The notes under the pieces: generated by a model
The model's database searches: none
Told to the model about the DNA's origin: nothing
The model's input: only the letters and a program-made list of their open reading frames with translations
Position numbers and translations under genes: made by a program
Shown here: positions 20,690-29,745 of the stretch, in pieces
Layout of the letters: every line of letters begins with the position of its first letter
Position numbering within the stretch: position 1 is the first letter of the stretch
Source of the DNA: a virus
IMG/VR virus record: IMGVR_UViG_3300025000_000064
Coordinates: 1 to 64,000 of that record
Reading direction: 5' to 3' (one strand)
Length of the DNA stretch: 64,000 nt

Positions 20690-20698
20690 ATTATAGCA
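20690..20698 (-). promoter_or_regulatory. Extended -10 element upstream of the virion operon
   Basis: TGCTATAAT on minus strand; no -35 match. Confidence 0.35.
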
Positions 20699-20730
20699 TG
20701 TTTTTTATAAAAGGTGCTATATATTTTATT

Positions 20731-21042
20731 TTATTTTTTATTATTTAACTTAAATGCTTTCATAGTGTAGAATTTTTCCATAATTATTTTTTTATTATTT
20801 ATGGATGAATTTTCAAAATATCTTTTTATGCAATATATTGGGATTGAAAAATCTGTTATATCTAAATTGTTTTTTAATATATATGATTTACATTCGGTAC
20901 ATAATACCACTGTGTTGCTTTGTAAGTATTTTTTATCTGGGTTAATTCTGTGAAGATGTTTGTTTTCATATCTATCTAAATATAATCCACACAAAAAACA
21001 ATGTCTTGTATTGTTCTTTAGCTTATTCTTCTTACCAGCCAC
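20731..21042 (-). CDS. Small HNH-like zinc protein
   Basis: CFLC...H.HRI.P...N.VVLC..C. Confidence 0.6.
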   Translation of the reverse strand: MAGKKNKLKNNTRHCFLCGLYLDRYENKHLHRINPDKKYLQSNTVVLCTECKSYILKNNLDITDFSIPIYCIKRYFENSSINNKKIIMEKFYTMKAFKLNNKK

Positions 21043-21958
21043 TTCTCTCCTTTACGATATAGTCCTCAATCATATCTTCAACATTTAAATCAGATAATTT
21101 ATCCATTCTTGTATGTACCCACTTAAAACCATTATTAAATACAATATCAGTAGCTTTGTCTATTTTAAATACTATTCCAGCGTCAGTTATTATAAAGCTT
21201 CCAAACCCATTTAAATAAACATTTCTTCCGCTATTTAATTCAGATATTACATATTTTATAAAGGATATAATAGTTTTATCAACCTGTCTTGAATAAATAT
21301 TGTATTTTTTAGATATGAATTCTTGTATTGATTTACTTGAAGATTTTTGAATATGATTTGAATTATTAGTATTGTTTTCTATTATATTTAAACTTTTATA
21401 TAACTTTTCTCTTAATTTGTCAGGTATAAATAGATTGTATTCAGCTTTATGTGTATTTATTATGTTAAATCCATTATTATCTTTAGATATTTCTTCTATA
21501 TATTCTTTATTAATATAAAAGTAATGCTTAAAACCCACTGTTTTATTATCTTTTAAATGCCTCAGTGTTCCCAATAAATACATATAAATTATATATTCTA
21601 TCAGCGTTCTATCGAATTTAAGCTCAAAATATCTTAATAATGAATAAAAGCAATGCTCTGTTATTTCTTTGGGTATTTCTATTTTATATTGCTGATAATA
21701 TTTATTCTTGCATAAATGCTTTCTGTGTTTTTTTAAATTCCTTTTATGCCTTGCGTTTAAATATATATATAACTGATTCCTAAGTATTTTAGTATAATCG
21801 CCATACGTTTGCTTGATGCACATCTCGTAGAATAGCTTATCGTGGAGCATTGTTTTTTCTCTATTTTTATATGTATCAATCATGTGAGGTAGGTATATTT
21901 TACAAAGTTCTGTTATCTCATCATTCCATTTTTGTTTTGTTTTAGAGACCCTGCACAT
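21032..21958 (-). CDS. DNA-binding protein with C-terminal HU/IHF-like domain
   Basis: ISKKYNIYSRQVDKTIISFIKYVISELNSGRNVYLNGFGSF. Confidence 0.6.
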   Translation of the reverse strand: MCRVSKTKQKWNDEITELCKIYLPHMIDTYKNREKTMLHDKLFYEMCIKQTYGDYTKILRNQLYIYLNARHKRNLKKHRKHLCKNKYYQQYKIEIPKEITEHCFYSLLRYFELKFDRTLIEYIIYMYLLGTLRHLKDNKTVGFKHYFYINKEYIEEISKDNNGFNIINTHKAEYNLFIPDKLREKLYKSLNIIENNTNNSNHIQKSSSKSIQEFISKKYNIYSRQVDKTIISFIKYVISELNSGRNVYLNGFGSFIITDAGIVFKIDKATDIVFNNGFKWVHTRMDKLSDLNVEDMIEDYIVKERSGW

Positions 21959-22427
21959 TTTTACTCCTGATATATTTATATAAATCTTTAGAGAATAATT
22001 CAGATTCTTTCCATTTTTTCATAGAATAGTTATTTTCAAGATATGATAAAGGTTTTTCTTTTTTAATATCTGCTGTTTTCCAATACTCTGAATTGGGATT
22101 ATATTTCTTTATAACAAACCACTTAGCTATTTGTTTTTCTATATCATTTATCCAGCTTATATCTGTGTCGGTTAGTTTTTTTAATAAGTTTAATTCATTC
22201 TTAGTCAGGGCAATATGCAACACATCGGAACGCCTTTTAAACTTTAATATATATGCTTCTTCTACTTTCAAATATTTTTCATATATCTCTGAGAATTGGT
22301 CTTCCAAGTCTTCTCTTTTTATTTTTAATATAAACTTTCCAGTGGATGATAATAGCTCAAATATTTCAGAGGATGGGTTCATAATGTTCATTTCTTTTAT
22401 TTTTATTATTATTTTATAAGAAAGCAT
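21942..22427 (-). CDS. Hypothetical protein
   Basis: ORF; start moved to 22427 because GGAGG precedes it. Confidence 0.6.
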   Translation of the reverse strand: MLSYKIIIKIKEMNIMNPSSEIFELLSSTGKFILKIKREDLEDQFSEIYEKYLKVEEAYILKFKRRSDVLHIALTKNELNLLKKLTDTDISWINDIEKQIAKWFVIKKYNPNSEYWKTADIKKEKPLSYLENNYSMKKWKESELFSKDLYKYIRSKNVQGL

Positions 22428-22507
22428 ATCATCCTCCAAACACAAAAATATATCTCTATAATATATTATAACATATTTTTTATAAAAATTGTAATACGCA
22501 ACATATA

Positions 22508-22536
22508 TTGACAAAACAAATTGATAATGCTATATT
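22508..22536 (+). promoter_or_regulatory. Sigma70-like promoter of the plus-strand operon
   Basis: TTGACA-17-TATATT with TGn. Confidence 0.7.
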
Positions 22537-22578
22537 TATTTATAGGCAAAGATTATTAAACAAAGAGGAGTTTTTAAA

Positions 22579-23049
22579 ATGAGCGAATTGACTTATATTG
22601 AACAGCTAGAAGACGAAAACACCGCATTAAAAGAACAGCTTGCTAATAAATGTAAAACTTGTCCTGACTGGGGAATGTCTTTGACGGTACAGGGTCTTGA
22701 AGAACAGCTTGCTAAATATGAACAAGACACTCTAAGCCTCGAAGATTATGAACAAGTAATGGATTCAATTAAAACCCCTAAATATAACGAAAAATTGGCT
22801 AATGCACTAAAAAGACCGCTGCCTTTTGAAAAAGAAACAACTTGTCCCGACTGTATTAAACTTGAAAAACAACTTGCGGAGGCGGTGAAAGTTATTGAGG
22901 ATGAAGTCAAAGACCGCTGCAACATGTGCGCTGACCATTTCGGTACTAAATGTAGTGATAGTATTGCTTGCGCATCCAACAAAGAACTGGAAAATACACA
23001 ACATACTTTAAAAAGGTTTTTACAATCCCTGAAAGGCGGTGAAGAATGA
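22579..23049 (+). CDS. Hypothetical Cys/coiled-coil protein
   Basis: GAGGAG SD; internal repeats of E.QLA and TCPD. Confidence 0.7.
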   Translation: MSELTYIEQLEDENTALKEQLANKCKTCPDWGMSLTVQGLEEQLAKYEQDTLSLEDYEQVMDSIKTPKYNEKLANALKRPLPFEKETTCPDCIKLEKQLAEAVKVIEDEVKDRCNMCADHFGTKCSDSIACASNKELENTQHTLKRFLQSLKGGEE

Positions 23050-23249
23050 GTAAAGCAATAATAAAATGTCCTTATTGTGGACATGAAATAAAAAATGGTT
23101 TTGATTATGGAGAAGATAGCGTTTTGAAAGAATGCGAAGAATTAGAAGATATTGAATGCCCCGTCTGCTTAAAAATATTTGATGCTGTAGTTGATGAAAT
23201 TATTGCAAAAATAAGCACTTATAAACGGGAGGGCTGTAAAAGTGAATAA
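23046..23249 (+). CDS. Zinc-ribbon protein
   Basis: CPYC...CPVC. Confidence 0.7.
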   Translation: MSKAIIKCPYCGHEIKNGFDYGEDSVLKECEELEDIECPVCLKIFDAVVDEIIAKISTYKREGCKSE

Positions 23250-23601
23250 ATGTCAATATTACGATATAAAGTGTTACCAAGATGATTACAGACTGGCTAC
23301 TAAAGGTTTATCATACACACCAGTTAATTGTGAATTAAGACCAAACTGCTATTATAAACAACTCCAAAAAGCAAAAGCAGAAATATCTATCCAGAAAAAA
23401 ACAGGAGAATTTTGCCAAGATTGCAAAACAGCAGAGCAATATGAAACCATAACCGCCGAGCGTGATAGATATAAAAAGGCTTTGGAAAAAGTTAAAAATT
23501 TGCTAAATAATTTTAATAATATGGATTTAGACCCAGCTATTTATAATGCTAATGAAGCATTTAACATAGCAAAACAATCTTTGGAGGAGGTTAAGGAATA
23601 A
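23242..23601 (+). CDS. Hypothetical protein
   Basis: Coupled ORF; CYYKQL motif. Confidence 0.65.
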   Translation: MNKCQYYDIKCYQDDYRLATKGLSYTPVNCELRPNCYYKQLQKAKAEISIQKKTGEFCQDCKTAEQYETITAERDRYKKALEKVKNLLNNFNNMDLDPAIYNANEAFNIAKQSLEEVKE

Positions 23602-23963
23602 TGAATTATGTTCAAGACAACAGAATATTAACAGTTGAAAAGATACATGAAGTACTTTTGGCTCATATCTACGAAAATGAAAACAATACACCTGTCGTAT
23701 TAATGCATCCTGACCTTTCACCGCTTATGGAGCAGTTTAAAGAAGTTGCAAAAGAACCAGATAAACAACTCCAAACTATAACAGCCAAGTCCGAGCGATA
23801 TGAGAAAGCTTTTAATGACATAGGAGAAATAAATAAATCTAAATGTAAGGCTAAGTTTAAATGTGATGTATATGCAGAACCTAACAGCTTAGATTGTTAT
23901 GAATGTTTCTTTAGGTCTGCTCAGGACATAGCTAAACAAGCATTACAGGAGAATAAAAGATGA
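23601..23963 (+). CDS. Hypothetical protein
   Basis: Coupled ORF; C-terminus similar to the previous gene. Confidence 0.65.
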   Translation: MNYVQDNRILTVEKIHEVLLAHIYENENNTPVVLMHPDLSPLMEQFKEVAKEPDKQLQTITAKSERYEKAFNDIGEINKSKCKAKFKCDVYAEPNSLDCYECFFRSAQDIAKQALQENKR

Positions 23964-24130
23964 GAAGTGAATCAGAGATAAAAGAAAAAATAGAAGAAAT
24001 TAATTATTTTTTAAAAGAAATCGTGCCAAATGACTATAATTCTGTTGATAGGATGCAAAGAGACGATGCAGAGTCTTTTAAAAGGGCTTTAATTTATGTA
24101 CTTAACGAACAAAAAGAGGAGCAAGAATAA
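23960..24130 (+). CDS. Hypothetical 56 aa protein
   Basis: Not in track; AGGAG SD, ATGA overlap, MRSESEIKEKIEE. Confidence 0.65.
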   Translation: MRSESEIKEKIEEINYFLKEIVPNDYNSVDRMQRDDAESFKRALIYVLNEQKEEQE

Positions 24131-24132
24131 AG

Positions 24133-24357
24133 ATGAAATTAGATACAAAAATAAAAGTAAAAGATTTAAACCCTGAATTTGAAATAAATGTTAAAAAAAT
24201 TATGGAAATATTTAAGGTTGATGAGTTAAAGGCTGCAAAACTTTGGCTTGATATGAAAATAGCAGAAAAAGAAGTAGTGCTTGGAGGTCAGGCTTTGGTT
24301 AAAACATTCTTTTATCTGTTTGCAACTATTTTATGTATTAAATTTATTTTTAATTAA
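24133..24357 (+). CDS. Hypothetical protein, C-terminal hydrophobic helix
   Basis: ORF in operon. Confidence 0.6.
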   Translation: MKLDTKIKVKDLNPEFEINVKKIMEIFKVDELKAAKLWLDMKIAEKEVVLGGQALVKTFFYLFATILCIKFIFN

Positions 24358-24368
24358 GGAGCAAGCCA

Positions 24369-24560
24369 ATGCCAGAAAATAAAACATTAACTATTGAGCA
24401 GATACGGGAAATAGTTTTTAAAACATTAAGAAATGACTTATTTCAAAATTATACATGCCGCCTTTATAATCAGAGTTTTAAAATTTGCGGAATAAAAAAC
24501 ACAAGGGATTGTCGAGAATGCCTTATGAAAGAATTTGAAAGGGCTGCTAATGATAAATAA
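24369..24560 (+). CDS. Hypothetical protein
   Basis: AAGGAG SD. Confidence 0.6.
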   Translation: MPENKTLTIEQIREIVFKTLRNDLFQNYTCRLYNQSFKICGIKNTRDCRECLMKEFERAANDK

Positions 24561-24981
24561 AATGTATGAATATTTTGGAGTTGAGCCTAAATATTTCGCA
24601 ATAAAGTTTGAACAAAACGAATATGGACATAATAAAGCTGAAAAATTATCTAAAGAAGATTATGAATTAGTTTCAAATTCAGACTTGAAAAGTTTTTACA
24701 AGGAACTAAAAGAAATAAAACCTGACTTCACCCCAGATAAAGCTTGGAAGCTTGAGGAAATGATTTTAAGGAATTATGTAAATATTAACTATTCTGTTGA
24801 TACAGGTGATGATAACTATTATGTTCCAGAAAAGTATTGTTTACAGGTTGAATATATGGAAGATTCTTATACTTATAAAGCTTATGGTAATACCCGCCTC
24901 GAAGCCCTCGCCTCTCTAATCCCCAAAATTGACTGGACAGAGCAGGAAAAAGAACAGACAAAAGCAATTTTAGAGAAATAA
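24550..24981 (+). CDS. Hypothetical protein
   Basis: ORF in operon; start taken at MINKMYEY. Confidence 0.6.
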   Translation: MINKMYEYFGVEPKYFAIKFEQNEYGHNKAEKLSKEDYELVSNSDLKSFYKELKEIKPDFTPDKAWKLEEMILRNYVNINYSVDTGDDNYYVPEKYCLQVEYMEDSYTYKAYGNTRLEALASLIPKIDWTEQEKEQTKAILEK

Positions 24982-25026
24982 ATAAAATTAGTGAAAAAGT
25001 TAATTTATTTAGAAGGATAATTAATT

Positions 25027-25257
25027 ATGAAATATGCTTTTGGAGACATAGTTATTGTAGAAGATAACCTAATAGGTGTAATTGTAAAAAGTTGGAGCAA
25101 AAGCAATTTAGGAACTCCAGTCCACCACGAAGTTTATGTCAGAAGTTTTAATTGCATAAAAGAATACAAAGAAGATGAAATTCGCAGATATCTAGTAAGA
25201 CATAAAGAACTTGACGATGATGAAATTTACTACCAAGAGTGTTGTGAAAATTCTTAA
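25027..25257 (+). CDS. Hypothetical protein
   Basis: MKYAFGDIVIVE...GVIVK, small SH3-like phage protein. Confidence 0.65.
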   Translation: MKYAFGDIVIVEDNLIGVIVKSWSKSNLGTPVHHEVYVRSFNCIKEYKEDEIRRYLVRHKELDDDEIYYQECCENS

Positions 25258-25275
25258 TAAGAGAATGGAGAAAAA

Positions 25276-25452
25276 ATGCCAATATATACATACAAGTGCG
25301 ATAACTGCGATAAAGAGTTTGAGGCAATAAAGTCAATTGCCAATAATGAAACAACATATTGTTCGTGTTCCAATTTAGCAAATAGGGTTTATAAATATGG
25401 AACATGTTTAATCAAAGGCAAAGATTTCTATCAAGCAAAGAAAGTGAGATGA
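25276..25452 (+). CDS. FmdB-family zinc ribbon protein, 58 aa
   Basis: Not in track; GGAG SD; MPIYTYKCDNCDKEFE...CSC. Confidence 0.8.
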   Translation: MPIYTYKCDNCDKEFEAIKSIANNETTYCSCSNLANRVYKYGTCLIKGKDFYQAKKVR

Positions 25453-25778
25453 TGATGAAAGACAACAAAGAAATCAAAAAGAAGAAACTAACAAGAACAG
25501 AGATGGAGACAACAATCAATTACAATGATTTATCAGACAATGCAGATATTTATACACATAATCCTGCGTTGATAAGGAAGCTGAATATATGTTGTGAGAA
25601 ACATCCTGAATCATTCAAGATGATAAAGTACGATGCTGAATTTGGAAGTTATTGCTATGTTGTTCCAAAGAAATATATCAAGGTGAATGCTCCGAGAAAA
25701 GGCATGACGGAAGAACAGAAAGAAGCTGTTTCAGAAAGATTTAAAAAGTTGAGAGAAGCAGAAGATAATATGTTATAA
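25449..25778 (+). CDS. Conserved hypothetical protein
   Basis: ETTINYN...IYT.N..LIRKL...Y.VPKK.I....PR..TEEQ; ATGA overlap. Confidence 0.7.
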   Translation: MMMKDNKEIKKKKLTRTEMETTINYNDLSDNADIYTHNPALIRKLNICCEKHPESFKMIKYDAEFGSYCYVVPKKYIKVNAPRKGMTEEQKEAVSERFKKLREAEDNML

Positions 25779-26019
25779 ATTGATAGTAATTCAGGCAAGA
25801 AAAATATGTTAAATTTTGTTTTGATATAAATATACCTAAATGAGATGCAATATATTTTTTTATCCTGAGTTAGTTGATGAAAAAGTCTGAGAATTGATTC
25901 AAACTTATATTAGTTTTATGCAGATAATCTGCTTAGAAAATTTTATCAGTTTGAATCTTTTATTTTGCATATATGATATTTATAATTGGTAACATATAAA
26001 ATATATTATATTTATTAGA

Positions 26020-26410
26020 ATAATTCTAATTAGAATAAATATTAACTTACAACAATTAACTAAATACAATAACTTATTACTTAACTTACTACTAACTTAA
26101 TACTAATTAACTAAATTATATAACTTACTACAATTTAACTTACTTCAATTAACTTATATCTAATTAGAATAATACATTAACTTATAACTTAACTAAATAC
26201 ATAACTAAATACTTAATTAGAATAATACATTAACTTATAACATAATTAACTTACTACTTATTAACTGACTACAATATAACTTAATACATATTAACTAAAT
26301 ACAATAACTTATATCTTAACTTACTACATAGAATAATACATAACTTACTACTAACTAAATACTTATTAGACTAATATATATTTAATACTAATTAGAATAA
26401 TACTATATAG
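26020..26410. repeat. G-depleted low-complexity repeat array (TAACTT/TAACTA units)
   Basis: No G in 26034-26166; 28 nt exact repeat at 26161 and 26214; 22 nt repeat at 26056 and 26291. Confidence 0.9.
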
Positions 26411-26422
26411 TATTATATATAA

Positions 26423-26444
26423 ATGTTACCTATATAGGTAACAT
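26423..26444. repeat. Perfect 22 bp palindrome
   Basis: ATGTTACCTATATAGGTAACAT. Confidence 0.95.
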
Positions 26445-26644
26445 ATAATTATAGCATGTTTTTAGAAAAAGTTCCTAAAATAAATAATTAATTTTCCAAC
26501 TTTATATTTTAGTCTAAATTAACTAAAATTTTTTCATGCAAATTTTGGGATAAATATGTGAGGAGTACCCATGCTAACATCAATTTAACTAATAACATTT
26601 ATAGGGGAGGGGATAACCTCCTTTACATATGTTATGTTAATTAG

Positions 26645-26662
26645 ATTCATACTAGTATGAAT
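26645..26662. repeat. Perfect 18 bp palindrome
   Basis: ATTCATACTAGTATGAAT. Confidence 0.95.
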
Positions 26663-27117
26663 TAAATTTTCTGGAGTAAATAATAATAATTTTAGTTAAA
26701 TAGAATAATAATAATTAATTTATTTTCAGGCATGGTTATATCATTATAAGTTAATAATAATCTATGTATTAAGTTATAATTAGCATGCCTATATCAATTA
26801 AACTATATCTATTAGAAATAGTCCGATAATAATTATTATGTAATTAGTTATGTAGTAAGTTTAAGGTATATATCTAACTGTATTAACTTAATACGCCTTA
26901 AACTTAATGCTATTAGTTTTATATTAAACTTATTGAATTAACTTAATCATATATATTCAACAGGCTAAACAATTAACTTAATTCAACATGCCATGCCCTT
27001 AACTTATAACTTAACTTATATCTGATATAAGTTTAATATAAAATTTTGCTTAGCTCTTACGGCTGCAAAATTATAATTATTAAATTGAACTAAAAACAAT
27101 TAGAATTATACGAGCAT

Positions 27118-27141
27118 GCTCATGCGGTCGTTACCGCATGC
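27118..27141 (+). repeat. CATG hairpin box, inverted variant
   Basis: GCTCATGCGGTCGTTACCGCATGC, 19/24 identical to the reverse complement of the other copies. Confidence 0.8.
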
Positions 27142-27642
27142 CACGTATCTTTATTATGTTTCAAAGGAAACATTTGTATAATACGTTACATGTAATGTAA
27201 AGATTCTATAAAGATTATTCATTATATTTTACAACATTAGACTATAACTTATATGGTTATTACTTATTAGACTAATGTTAAGTAATGTAACAATATTAGA
27301 TTACTACTTATAAATTAAATTTATATACATACAGTTCATGTATGTTAGTATACATTTTGTATGTTAGTCTTTCGACTAATAATTTATTTGTATACTAAAC
27401 TTTAGACTTAGACTAAAGGACTTACTCCTCATGGGTAATTGACTAATGATTTAAATTTGTGGTACTCCTCAAATCTGTAAAATACAATCTGTGAAAAATC
27501 ACATTTTAATGTTTTACTCCTCAATTTTACAAAATACATAAATTATATATTTGCACTTAAAACTGTTAAGAGGAATTTTGTAATATATAACTTACTATAA
27601 ACCATACAAGTTAACCCTAAGGTATATGACAAGCTCATAAAG

Positions 27643-27671
27643 AGCATGCAATTGCGACAGCATGAGCTTTA
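27643..27671 (-). repeat. CATG hairpin box
   Basis: AGCATGCAATTGCGACAGCATGAGCTTTA, identical to 31161-31189. Confidence 0.95.
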
Positions 27672-27795
27672 AATATATGTTGATGTTAAGGCATTCAAAA
27701 GCATCCAAAGTAAGTTTTTTAATATATAACTAGCTTTCCAGCTTTATTATAATTCTTATAATCAAGTTTTTTAACAGTCTATATAAGCATATTAA

Positions 27796-27833
27796 TATAT
27801 TCGAATATTCATATATATGAATATTCGAATATA
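27796..27833. repeat. Perfect 38 bp palindrome
   Basis: TATATTCGAATATTCATATATATGAATATTCGAATATA. Confidence 0.95.
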
Positions 27834-27843
27834 GATTTAAAAG

Positions 27844-27873
27844 AAAAAAAGACAGTTATTTGTTTAACTGTCT
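27844..27873 (-). terminator. Rho-independent terminator
   Basis: AGACAGTTA/TAACTGTCT 9 bp stem followed by T7 on minus strand. Confidence 0.7.
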
Positions 27874-28184
27874 AGTTGTGTGTGTTAGTCTGGATATGTT
27901 TAATTATTTTTTAAATCTTTGATTATCAAATCATAAAATTTAATATTGTGTTTACAGTTTTTTATAATATCTGGATTATGTGAACTTCTCATTATTTCTA
28001 CAGATTTATTTTTATATGTTTGTGCCTTTTCTATAGTCCAATTATTCATTTAATAAACTCCTATTAACTAACAACATGTTTATTATAACATCTATTTTAT
28101 TAAAAATATCGTCTAGTTAGCTTGTTTGTAGCATTTATTTACAATTGATTTAACAATAACTAATTAAAATATTTATACAATAAT

Positions 28185-28379
28185 TTATCTAGTTGCTAAT
28201 ATTGCTTTTCTTAAATAACTAATATCGCTGGCAAGTTCTTTTCCTTCTTTGCTACTAATTAATTGCACATGCTTGTCTAAGTCTTTACATATAACATCTA
28301 AAGTATAAATCTTATAACCTTCGATATAATTCTCAATTTTAATAACATGTTTCATAATATTTCTAACTCTCCTATTCAT
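28185..28379 (-). CDS. Hypothetical protein
   Basis: ORF in small-gene run. Confidence 0.55.
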   Translation of the reverse strand: MNRRVRNIMKHVIKIENYIEGYKIYTLDVICKDLDKHVQLISSKEGKELASDISYLRKAILATR

Positions 28380-28620
28380 ATTTTGTACCTCTTAAATTAT
28401 TCTTAATACAATTTACAGCTTCATTGAGTTTATTACTTAATTCATTAATATGCTCAAAGTCTTTTGATTCATTGGTTAATATTTTCAATTTTAATTCTTT
28501 TATACTATCCTCTAATTTTTTATTTTTATTAATTTCTGTCATTAGTAAATCAATCAATATACTTTTTTCATAGTCTTTATATTTTAATTTTTCTACACTC
28601 CATAAAGATTGTTTATTCAT
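28372..28620 (-). CDS. Hypothetical coiled-coil protein
   Basis: GAGGT SD. Confidence 0.6.
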   Translation of the reverse strand: MNKQSLWSVEKLKYKDYEKSILIDLLMTEINKNKKLEDSIKELKLKILTNESKDFEHINELSNKLNEAVNCIKNNLRGTKYE

Positions 28621-28649
28621 TTATTCTTAAATACCTCCGTTAAATTGTC

Positions 28650-28733
28650 TTACCTTGCTTTTTTAATCAATCCTTCTATAAATACACTTTCATTCAATCC
28701 TTTTTTTGCTTGTAATTTTTCTATATCAGTCAT
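28650..28733 (-). CDS. 27 aa internally deleted paralog of the adjacent RHH-like gene
   Basis: Not in track; GAGGT SD; MTDIEKLQAKKGLNESVFIEGLIKKAR. Confidence 0.55.
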   Translation of the reverse strand: MTDIEKLQAKKGLNESVFIEGLIKKAR

Positions 28734-28807
28734 GTTTTTTATTACCTCCTATTATCTAAACTACATTTTAAGCCTGTTAAATTACTTCCTATTGTCTCTA
28801 AAATTGA

Positions 28808-28972
28808 TTATACTAAACTATTCTTTTTTTGTTTTTTGATTAATAAGTCAATAATTACAGATTGATTAAGATTATTATACTCTATTAACTCCTCCAGTCT
28901 TTTTATAGCTTGTAAACTCAAATAAATGCATCTAGCCTTCTTTTTTGCCTGTAATTTTTCTATATTGGTCAT
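28808..28972 (-). CDS. Ribbon-helix-helix-like DNA-binding protein
   Basis: ARCIYLSLQAIKRLEELIEYNNLNQSVIIDLLI; GAGGT SD before ATG at 28972. Confidence 0.65.
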   Translation of the reverse strand: MTNIEKLQAKKKARCIYLSLQAIKRLEELIEYNNLNQSVIIDLLIKKQKKNSLV

Positions 28973-28986
28973 GTTAATACCTCTTA

Positions 28987-29226
28987 TTATAATATACAAT
29001 TGTTATTTATATCTTGTTGTGAAGGTTCATAACTTATACGGTTAAATATTTCTTGTAAATCTAAAAGAGTTCTTTTATTATACGCCTGTCTCATATCATA
29101 TAAATCCTGTGTTAAAAATTGCATTTTTTTCATTCTTGAATCAAAATTTTTTGTTTTATTTATCCTAGTTAGTTCATTATTTTTGTAAATTGATAATATT
29201 TCTTGAATTAAATTCTCTTTATCCAT
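28987..29226 (-). CDS. Hypothetical protein
   Basis: GAGGT SD. Confidence 0.6.
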   Translation of the reverse strand: MDKENLIQEILSIYKNNELTRINKTKNFDSRMKKMQFLTQDLYDMRQAYNKRTLLDLQEIFNRISYEPSQQDINNNCIL

Positions 29227-29418
29227 GCTTTTATACCTCTCTTAATTACAATACTGATAAATTTTATTATTTTCATTGCTACAAAATATTTGATGGTTAG
29301 TCTTTATAAGCCCTAGCTGTAAAGCAAATACAAAGGCAATACAAAGAACTATAAAGATATTTATCAGTGTTTGATTCATGATTGTTTTATACCTCTTAAA
29401 ATTTTTCTGTATAAACTT

Positions 29419-29745
29419 TTAAATATCTAAACATAAAGTCATTACTGGATTTTTTTCAGATATACTATCTAAAACTACTTTTAATTTTTCAATTGTTTTT
29501 GAATCTATCCATATACATCTAGCTACTTTTTTAATAACATCACTTTCAAAATTTAAATATTCGCTACCGTATAGCCCATGCCCATTGTTAATATGTATTG
29601 TAAAAAGGTCTATTACTTGTATGCATGGGTTTGCTTCATGATAATTCCTCCAGTCACTTATTAATATTTTTTGCCCTTCATTGTTTTTGATTTCAATATC
29701 AATACATCCGTATTCTTTGTTTAATGTTTTTGTAATTTTAATCAT
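29419..29745 (-). CDS. Hypothetical protein
   Basis: GGAG SD in a leader repeated at 33295. Confidence 0.65.
   Translation of the reverse strand: MIKITKTLNKEYGCIDIEIKNNEGQKILISDWRNYHEANPCIQVIDLFTIHINNGHGLYGSEYLNFESDVIKKVARCIWIDSKTIEKLKVVLDSISEKNPVMTLCLDI

Noticed and set aside
26020-26410. Repeat-encoded protein in the low-complexity array
   Set aside because: Frequent stop codons on both strands and no ORF in the track
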